In this document: in pieces, positions 24,212-30,977 of the stretch | Layout: every line of letters begins with the position of its first letter | How positions within the stretch are numbered: position 1 is the stretch's first letter | NCBI GenBank assembly: GCA_016699265.1 | Contig: CP064967.1 | Location: forward strand, 1 to 32,000 | Direction of reading: 5' to 3' | Source of the DNA: Candidatus Saccharimonadota bacterium | GTDB lineage: Bacteria > Patescibacteriota > Microgenomatia > UBA1406 > GWC2-37-13 | DNA length: 32,000 nt | Made by a program: the position numbers and the translations under genes | Notes under the pieces: model-generated | The model's input: the letters and a program-made list of their open reading frames with translations, nothing else | Told to the model about the DNA's origin: nothing | Databases searched by the model: none

Positions 24212-24572
24212 ACATGGGCAGGCTCTTGTGATGCTTATTTCCTTTGTCGCAATTGCTATTGTTGTGATCTCGAGCGCGCTTATCAATATGTTTATAAATA
24301 TGACGGCAGCAACACGCACTCAGGTAGGAGATATAGCATATTCAGTTGCCGAAAGTGGTGCGGAAAACGCATTGCTAAGATTATTGCGCGATACCTCCTA
24401 TGCGGGTGAAACCTTAGCTGTTGGATCCGGGAGTGCGGTTGTTACTGTAAGCGGGACAAATCCCAAAACAATCATCTCTACGGGTACTTACGGATCATTT
24501 AAAAGAAAGATTCAGGTTGTTGCTAGTGACAGTGCGGGTATACTTAGTGTAACGTCCTGGAAGGAGCAGTAA
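24138..24572 (+). CDS. PilX-like minor pilin-like protein with a 27-aa leader, lacking Glu+5
   Basis: Leader MKKTKQK...YQIRDTAYEHG, then QALVMLISFVAIAIVV. AESGAENALLRL and a C-terminal ...STGTYGSFKRKIQVV resemble PilX_N-type proteins. Confidence 0.65.
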   Translation: MKKTKQKRNRILPSTKYQIRDTAYEHGQALVMLISFVAIAIVVISSALINMFINMTAATRTQVGDIAYSVAESGAENALLRLLRDTSYAGETLAVGSGSAVVTVSGTNPKTIISTGTYGSFKRKIQVVASDSAGILSVTSWKEQ

Positions 24573-24577
24573 TCAGT

Positions 24578-25618
24578 ATGGCAGATAAAAAAGTATCACT
24601 CATTTTAATTGACAAGAATAAACTTTGGTTGTATTCAGGCGCAACGGGAGAGATTCTTAATCTCGATTTTCCCACAACGGTCATGAAGGACATGGAGGTC
24701 CTAAACAGAGATCTTCTAATAAAACAGTTCGAGTCATTTCTAAGTGTCCATAAAGTCGACGGCCCACGCGTTGATATAGTTATTGCTCCGTCACTTCTTT
24801 TTATCAAAGATTTTTCAGGAATAGAGGAGCCTAAGAAGGAGGAGGCGATTAAATCATTTGTAGATAATGTTCCCTTCGATTCCACAGCTAAAACTACGAT
24901 GCATATGGACAAAGTTGTAAGAGTGATTGTTGCCAATAAAGACCTCATCATTCTCATTAAGCACTCACTTGAGAAACGGAAGTGTGAGGTTCCTTTAATT
25001 CTTCCAGCTACGGTAATTACAAATGTATCAATCTCATCTGCGCTCGATCCACAGATAGCCAAGGCGGTACTCGGACAGACCGACTCACTAAAAGCCTATA
25101 ATCTATTAGACACGGGTCCGGCTATTAATCCACTGAAAAATATTACGGCAAACGCCGCTGATAAAAGCCATCCGAAGCGACTCCCATTATTGCTCAGCAT
25201 GTTTGGTGGACTAATTTCGGTACTTATTGGGGTTGCGGTCGTTACCAATAGACAACCAACGATTCCGGCATCCCAAGCATCCGTCGTACTCAACCCTTTT
25301 CCGTCTTTGGCAAAACCTACAATAGTAGCGTCTCCAAGCGCAATAATAAGTACGCTAAGAATTGATCTTATGCGCACAGACCAGGCTGCATCTAAGTCTT
25401 CACAGCTTCGAACTTCACTTAAAAATTTAGGAATAACAGATTTGAAAGAGCTGGTCGATAACACGATCGTATTAGAGTCTTCACAGCTAGTTTTCTCTCA
25501 AGCGATTCCAGTCGTGGTCCAGGAACAAATAATAAACATCGTCAAGACAGTTGAGCCAGTATTCTCCACGAAGGTTGTAACCGGACTTAGTAGGGATGTA
25601 GAGATTCGTTTAAAATGA
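24578..25618 (+). CDS. bitopic membrane protein, candidate pilus assembly platform component (GspL/PilM-PilN-like topology)
   Basis: 346 aa. About 195-aa N-terminal soluble part, one TM (LPLLLSMFGGLISVLIGVAVV), about 130-aa C-terminal part. The only gene in the block with a clear SD (AAGGAG, 11 nt upstream). No sequence motif recognised. Confidence 0.5.
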   Translation: MADKKVSLILIDKNKLWLYSGATGEILNLDFPTTVMKDMEVLNRDLLIKQFESFLSVHKVDGPRVDIVIAPSLLFIKDFSGIEEPKKEEAIKSFVDNVPFDSTAKTTMHMDKVVRVIVANKDLIILIKHSLEKRKCEVPLILPATVITNVSISSALDPQIAKAVLGQTDSLKAYNLLDTGPAINPLKNITANAADKSHPKRLPLLLSMFGGLISVLIGVAVVTNRQPTIPASQASVVLNPFPSLAKPTIVASPSAIISTLRIDLMRTDQAASKSSQLRTSLKNLGITDLKELVDNTIVLESSQLVFSQAIPVVVQEQIINIVKTVEPVFSTKVVTGLSRDVEIRLK

Positions 25619-25661
25619 AGACCGTCAATATCTTCCAAATCTTTGTCTCTTTATTTACCCC

Positions 25662-25690
25662 TTGACAAAGTTCAGCACTTTCTTTTTAAT
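25662..25690 (+). promoter_or_regulatory. sigma70-like promoter of the major pilin gene
   Basis: TTGACA (25662-25667), 17-nt spacer, TTTAAT (25685-25690). The -10 ends 2 nt before ATG 25693 and 8 nt before ATG 25699. Confidence 0.5.
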
Positions 25691-25692
25691 GG

Positions 25693-26187
25693 ATGTATAT
25701 GATAAAAAATGGATCAAACCTAAACAAAAAGGGTTTTACCCTTATCGAGCTTTTAGTAGTTATTGGAATCTTGGCAGTGTTGCTAGCAATCACGATTATT
25801 GCTATTAACCCAGCAAGACAGTTTGCAAATGCGAACAATACGGCACGACGAAGTGCGGTTACACAGATCTTAAATGCTGTCGGAGCATATGTAGCTGAGA
25901 ACCAAGGTCAGTTGCCAGCAGAAGTAACAGCATTAGTAGCTGCTACGCCAACAACCTTAAATGCTACGAACTTTCCAGCACTTTGCGCACAGTTAGTGCC
26001 AACATATATTTCGGCACTACCTACCGATCCAACTTTGAATGATGGAAATGGTATCGAGTCAGCTGACTGTGCAGCGGCAACCCCAGTATGGAACACTGGA
26101 TACAGCATCTCACGCGATGCAAACAACAGAATCACTGTTGCAGCACCAAGCGCAGAGAATGCGGCTGTGATCTCGGTCACAAGATAA
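25693..26187 (+). CDS. major type IV pilin
   Basis: Canonical prepilin signal NKKG then FTLIELLVVIGILAVLLAI. Two Cys in the C-terminal region (CAQL, ADCAA). It has its own promoter and a strong terminator. The true start may be ATG 25699. Confidence 0.85.
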   Translation: MYMIKNGSNLNKKGFTLIELLVVIGILAVLLAITIIAINPARQFANANNTARRSAVTQILNAVGAYVAENQGQLPAEVTALVAATPTTLNATNFPALCAQLVPTYISALPTDPTLNDGNGIESADCAAATPVWNTGYSISRDANNRITVAAPSAENAAVISVTR

Positions 26188-26204
26188 GTCAAACAACGTT
26201 AATT

Positions 26205-26237
26205 AAAAATCCTCCGACGAGTTCGGAGGATTTTTTT
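26205..26237. terminator. strong intrinsic, potentially bidirectional terminator
   Basis: A-run, 9-bp stem ATCCTCCGA / TCGGAGGAT with loop CGAGT, then T7. Confidence 0.85.
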
Positions 26238-26316
26238 ATATAATTAAGTCCATAGCGGACATTGTTGGTATGGTTGTATTGTGATTACGGCCATGGAGCC
26301 ATGTAACTATGCAACT

Positions 26317-28023
26317 ATGTTTCTACAGAGGTTTTGGATTACGTTATTTTTAGTCTTTATTTCTTGCTTCGGACTTAATAGTGCGGTCGATGCATTCGAT
26401 CAGTCGCGCACAAATAACATGTTTGGCATTCACGTGGCAACTCCAAGTAGGGAAGAACTTGAGAATGCAGCTAAGCTGGTTAATACAAACGGAGGTAACT
26501 GGGGATATGCAACCGTCGTAATTCAGGAAAATGATAGGAATAAGCAAAAATGGCAGGAAGCATTTGATCGAATGAGAGAATTGCGGCTCATACCAATAGT
26601 CCGACTAGCTACAAAACCAATAGGAAGTACATGGGCACGTCCAAAACCCGATGAAATTAGTAACTGGGTGAATTTTTTAGACTCATTAAACTGGGTAGTA
26701 AAAGACCGATATATAGCGTTGTTTAATGAACCAAATCACGGCCAGGAATGGGAAGGGGAGGTTTCTCCTGAGGAGTTTGCAGATATTAGCCTAAGGTATA
26801 TAAAAGCCTTAAAAACCTCAAATAGTGAGTATTTTACAATGCTTGGAGGGCTGGATCTCGCGGCCGCAAGCAACGGTGAGGACATGGATGAGTACGAATT
26901 TTTAAGAAGAGTCTTTATAAGTAAGCCAGAGTTGAAAGAGTCAATAGACGGTCTAAGTTCGCATTCATATCCAAATCCTGGATTCAGTGGGAGTCCAAGC
27001 GCGGTTGGGAGGCTGTCGATACATGGATATGAGTGGGAGTTGGAACTATTGAAGGAGTTGGGTGTGAAGAAAGAGCTTCCAGTTTTTATTACTGAGACCG
27101 GTTGGATTCATAGTGGAGCCGATCCTACAGGTCTTGATGAAAAATTTATAACTGCATTTTCTATATGGAAGGCCGATCCTAGAGTCAGAGCTGTTACACC
27201 TTTTATTCTAAGCTACCAAAGTGATCCATTCCTTCAATTTTCATGGCAAAAACCAAATAGCCAGGAGTTTTATTCTCATTATCATGCTGTTACCGAAATG
27301 AATAAGATCTTGGGAGATCCAGATCAGGTTCAAAAAGGCGAACTTAAGCAGACGCTTCCAAACGATCTTCTAGCCGACTCAACCTACCACTTTACTGTGA
27401 AGTTACGCAATGATGGACAGGCTGTCTGGACAAGTAAAGATGGATATGCGATGAAGTTCGCTATTCCAGAGAAGAAAGAAGGACTTGAGTATTTTTTTGG
27501 CAACTTAGACGGAATTAAGCCTGGAGATGAGCGGGAGATAGATCTATACATGAAGACCTCAGATCAAGGACATGCAAGACAAGCAGAACTAAATCTGTAT
27601 AAGAACGACAGAGAGGTTCTCAAGAGCGTTAAGTGGTCGTTTAGGGTTTTACCATTGCCCAGTTTAGTTATTAAGACGTCTTTATTTCCAAGAATTCGAG
27701 CAAAAAAAGAACGAGATTTCGAACTTCAAATATTTAATAATAAGGAAGAGCTTGTATTTAAACAGAAGGGAATAAGACGAATAAACGGAGAGCTACAGGT
27801 TCCCGAAGTTAAAAATGTATACCTAAAAGGAACGTTCCGAGTTGTAATCCTGTCACAGTACTATCTTCCTAGGCAAACCTTCGTCCGTTTTGAGAAAGGA
27901 TTAAATACTGCGAGTATTAAGGCAATGTTGCCGCTCGATTTCTTTCCTGACGGCACCTTCAGTTGGAGAGATATATTCGAAGTTCTTAAAAACCCACGAC
28001 TACTTGGTCTTTTTCTTCCCTGA
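26317..28023 (+). CDS. secreted clan GH-A-like (beta/alpha)8 glycoside hydrolase-like protein with a C-terminal beta-rich extension
   Basis: Signal-like MFLQRFWITLFLVFISCFGLNSAVDA. NEP motif (ALFNEPNHG) and FITETGW about 120 aa later fit acid/base and nucleophile spacing. The ORF is open from a GTG at 26281. Confidence 0.55.
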   Translation: MFLQRFWITLFLVFISCFGLNSAVDAFDQSRTNNMFGIHVATPSREELENAAKLVNTNGGNWGYATVVIQENDRNKQKWQEAFDRMRELRLIPIVRLATKPIGSTWARPKPDEISNWVNFLDSLNWVVKDRYIALFNEPNHGQEWEGEVSPEEFADISLRYIKALKTSNSEYFTMLGGLDLAAASNGEDMDEYEFLRRVFISKPELKESIDGLSSHSYPNPGFSGSPSAVGRLSIHGYEWELELLKELGVKKELPVFITETGWIHSGADPTGLDEKFITAFSIWKADPRVRAVTPFILSYQSDPFLQFSWQKPNSQEFYSHYHAVTEMNKILGDPDQVQKGELKQTLPNDLLADSTYHFTVKLRNDGQAVWTSKDGYAMKFAIPEKKEGLEYFFGNLDGIKPGDEREIDLYMKTSDQGHARQAELNLYKNDREVLKSVKWSFRVLPLPSLVIKTSLFPRIRAKKERDFELQIFNNKEELVFKQKGIRRINGELQVPEVKNVYLKGTFRVVILSQYYLPRQTFVRFEKGLNTASIKAMLPLDFFPDGTFSWRDIFEVLKNPRLLGLFLP

Positions 28024-28752
28024 GATCCATTTGGCCTTGGTTAATATCGGCGCAAATACGTCATCTTCTATGGAGATTGAGAGACTTTTTAACTCCTCCG
28101 AAGTTGGATTGCGGCGCTGGTACCTTACAAACGATGTATCTTCAACGATGGCTATAGGAGTAGATTCGGCGCCTTCTCCCATGGCAAGAACGGTTGAAGC
28201 CCCTAGACCTTCATATATACTCGATCTAGTTACCCGCATTCGATAGTTAAAAAGATCCTTCTTTCCGACATAATTATTTAGAGCACTGAAGCCACTATAA
28301 GCGAGAGTTGTCCCTACAGTTCCCCAGCGCAGAGGTGTTGTTTTACTATCAACAATTATCACGCCTAAATTTTTAACTTTATGTTTACGAACAAGATGGC
28401 TACGAATTCCGTTTACTGTTTTCTGCATATTACGTGGCCAAAGAACGTAGAAACCATTACCATTTGACTCGTCAATACCTGCCGAAGCAATCATTGTTCC
28501 ATTTTTTATCGTCAGATGAAAACCGTATTTATTTGAAGCAAGTGGAAGATAGAGATCAGCCTCTTTCTCAACAAGCGATTGTTTTTTAAGATTGCCCTTA
28601 GGAACAACCGCTCCTTCGCAGATTGAAATAATTTTTGAAGTAATTGCAACTATGGATCTTTCCTTTAGCTTTGGTACGTATCTGTCTAAAATCTTAAGTA
28701 GATCGGAGTCCTTTACGGTGATCTTATGAGTTTTGATTGGGGTTATTTTCAT
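28000..28752 (-). CDS. CofE-family (F420-0:gamma-glutamyl ligase-like) protein
   Basis: MKITPIKT..., IVAITSKIISICEG, GIDESNG, IIVDSKTTPLRWGT, GLGASTVLAMGEGAESTPIAIV. Start trimmed to 28752. 24-nt convergent overlap with the GH-like gene. Confidence 0.7.
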   Translation of the reverse strand: MKITPIKTHKITVKDSDLLKILDRYVPKLKERSIVAITSKIISICEGAVVPKGNLKKQSLVEKEADLYLPLASNKYGFHLTIKNGTMIASAGIDESNGNGFYVLWPRNMQKTVNGIRSHLVRKHKVKNLGVIIVDSKTTPLRWGTVGTTLAYSGFSALNNYVGKKDLFNYRMRVTRSSIYEGLGASTVLAMGEGAESTPIAIVEDTSFVRYQRRNPTSEELKSLSISIEDDVFAPILTKAKWISGKKKTK

Positions 28753-29407
28753 CTTTGAATACCTCGGTGAGATATTGTACACGGTCTTCGACATTTTCGG
28801 CTCTTGAAAAAAAACTTCCGGGGCAGATGTAGTCTGGGTGATATTTCTTGTTTTTAATAATCTCTAGCGAGTCTTTGTTAATTCCTCCATCTAGAAAAAT
28901 ATTATGCTTATAGCCAAGTTCTCTCAGCTGATCAATTTTATTGATCGTAAAAGGTATGAAAGGGTTTCCCTGAGGTCCAGGAATAATGCTCATTATTTGA
29001 ATATTCTCAATTCTCGGAAGGTCGTAAACATGTTCTATAGTATCGATTGAATCATCTGGATTTAGAATTAAACCATAGTTATATGGTTGAGGAGGCTCTA
29101 AAAAGAGGTCAGGAGGCGGAGTTGCGCCATGATGGACGAAGATAGTAGGTATCTTTATTATTTTATTGTAAGGCTTTATTTCGTTCAAGGCTTTCTGATA
29201 GTCCGCAGTCATTAGGTGAAAGTCGAACTTAAGATCTTTGAAAGGAGTAATAGTCTCGAGAAGGGAAATAAGGGGCGGTGTAGCGAAATCAACAAATATT
29301 CCGTCCGCAAAATCAATTTGAAATCTTTGATAAAAAGGAATAAGTCTTTCAATCTGTGTGATTAAATCAGATACATTAGATACGTCAAGAGATGGGATTA
29401 CCTGCAT
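28724..29407 (-). CDS. divergent ribulose-phosphate 3-epimerase-like TIM-barrel protein
   Basis: The pattern IPSLDVSN, IDFADGIFV, FDFHLM, IMSIIPGPQGNPF, FLDGGIN, PGSFF parallels RPE strands. The first metal His of RPE (HxDxMDG) is Gln here. TACAAT (complement of 29414-29419) lies 6 nt upstream of ATG 29407. Confidence 0.55.
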   Translation of the reverse strand: MQVIPSLDVSNVSDLITQIERLIPFYQRFQIDFADGIFVDFATPPLISLLETITPFKDLKFDFHLMTADYQKALNEIKPYNKIIKIPTIFVHHGATPPPDLFLEPPQPYNYGLILNPDDSIDTIEHVYDLPRIENIQIMSIIPGPQGNPFIPFTINKIDQLRELGYKHNIFLDGGINKDSLEIIKNKKYHPDYICPGSFFSRAENVEDRVQYLTEVFKDENNPNQNS

Positions 29408-29450
29408 CTCTACATTGTAGCGTATATTAATTTCGTGTATATCTAAATAT

Positions 29451-30542
29451 ATGGACACAAGTCTTCCATACTATCTCGGTTTTTCTCACTTTTTAGGTAT
29501 TGGACCAATTAAGTTCAATGCTCTACTTAGTAAATACGAGATAGAAGAGGCCTACAATCTATCGGAAGATGTACTGGCTGGAATTGTGGGAGCACAAACG
29601 AGTAGGAAGTTTGTACAGTTCCGAAAAGATTTTGATCCTCAAAAAAAACAAGAGGAGTTTGCGCACAGGAAAATTGAGGTTGTGAGTCGTAAAGATAGCA
29701 GATATCCAAATCAGCTAAAAGAGCTTTCAGATGCTCCAATTTGCTTATATGTAAAAGGAGATAGCCGACTTTTTACAGATGAGAGGCAATTTCATTTTGC
29801 AGTAGTTGGGACTAGGAAGGCATCGCCATATGGACTGAAAATAACAAGGGAAATCGTGCAGGATCTTTGCGGTCGCAACTCCAATATCTGTATAGTCTCG
29901 GGTCTTGCTTATGGAGTTGATGCTGTCGCGCATGAAACCACGCTTGAGTTTGGAGCAAATACAATAGCCTTTCTTGGCTGTGGAGTTAATATTATGTATC
30001 CGTATGGGAATAGACATATATATGACAAGATTATTTCAGGCGGAGGAGTAGTTGTTTCGGAATTTCCACCAGATCAGACGGTTGTCCCAGGGTTGTTTAT
30101 AGCCAGAAACAGGTTAATATCCGGGCTGTCTCGAGGGGTGTTGATCGTTGAGGGAACGAAGACCTCTGGGGCGCTTATCACCGCTCGGTATGCCGCCGAG
30201 CAAGGGAAAGATGTATTTGCATTACCTGGACAGATAAATACGACCTTATCAGAGGCTCCGAACATTCTCATTAAAGAAGGAGCGATTATCGTTACCTCAA
30301 CAAACGATATTGCAGATTATTACGCTTTTGGTCAGAAGGTTTTAAAAAGTGAAAGGTCCGAACTTAAGTTATCTGTGGACGAACTGGCAGTATATAGTTA
30401 TTTAGAAAAGAACCCTAGGCTTATTGACGAGGTAGTACAGGAGCTTCAATACCCAGCTCAGCACATAATGACGCTTCTTTCGAGACTTGAACTCGAAGGA
30501 GTGGTGGTGCGTCGATCTGATGAGAAATACTACGTTAAGTAG
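29451..30542 (+). CDS. dprA: DNA-processing protein DprA (Smf)
   Basis: 363 aa. VVGTRKASPYG, SGLAYGVDAVAHE, SGALITARYAAEQGKDVFALPG, C-terminal winged-helix-like tail. Confidence 0.9.
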   Translation: MDTSLPYYLGFSHFLGIGPIKFNALLSKYEIEEAYNLSEDVLAGIVGAQTSRKFVQFRKDFDPQKKQEEFAHRKIEVVSRKDSRYPNQLKELSDAPICLYVKGDSRLFTDERQFHFAVVGTRKASPYGLKITREIVQDLCGRNSNICIVSGLAYGVDAVAHETTLEFGANTIAFLGCGVNIMYPYGNRHIYDKIISGGGVVVSEFPPDQTVVPGLFIARNRLISGLSRGVLIVEGTKTSGALITARYAAEQGKDVFALPGQINTTLSEAPNILIKEGAIIVTSTNDIADYYAFGQKVLKSERSELKLSVDELAVYSYLEKNPRLIDEVVQELQYPAQHIMTLLSRLELEGVVVRRSDEKYYVK

Positions 30543-30552
30543 GTCGGCAGAG

Positions 30553-30558
30553 TATAAT
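30553..30558 (+). promoter_or_regulatory. consensus -10 box TATAAT, 5 nt upstream of the RNase H ATG
   Basis: Read directly. No good -35 box and no SD. Confidence 0.35.
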
Positions 30559-30563
30559 TAGAC

Positions 30564-30968
30564 ATGGTTTTGCAAATATTTACTGACGGTGGGTCAAAAG
30601 GTAACCCAGGTCCTGCCGCAGTTGGCGTTGCCTACTTTCTAGATGGACTCAAGGTTGAGACTTACCGCGAAGACATTGGAACCGCAACTAATAATGAGGC
30701 TGAGTACACCGCGCTCATCCGCGCATTGGAGCAGCTCTTAAAAAGCTCTAAGCTAAAAGCTCTAGGCTATAAGAGTATAGCGGTTCATAGCGATTCGAGA
30801 CTCATGGTGAATCAAGTAAAGGGTCTTTTTAAGGTGAATGAATCAAGAATTCGAGAGTTTATTCTTAAGATCAGATCGCTTGAGAGCGAAATAGGACTAC
30901 CAATAAGCTACATAAACATTCCAAGAGAGCAGAATGCCATAGCCGATGCATTAGTTAATAATAAGTAA
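30564..30968 (+). CDS. rnhA: ribonuclease H (RNase HI family)
   Basis: 134 aa. TDGGSKGNPGPAA, NNEAEYTALI, HSDSRLMVNQ, NAIADAL (DEDD catalytic pattern). Confidence 0.85.
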   Translation: MVLQIFTDGGSKGNPGPAAVGVAYFLDGLKVETYREDIGTATNNEAEYTALIRALEQLLKSSKLKALGYKSIAVHSDSRLMVNQVKGLFKVNESRIREFILKIRSLESEIGLPISYINIPREQNAIADALVNNK

Positions 30969-30977
30969 CAACTAATT

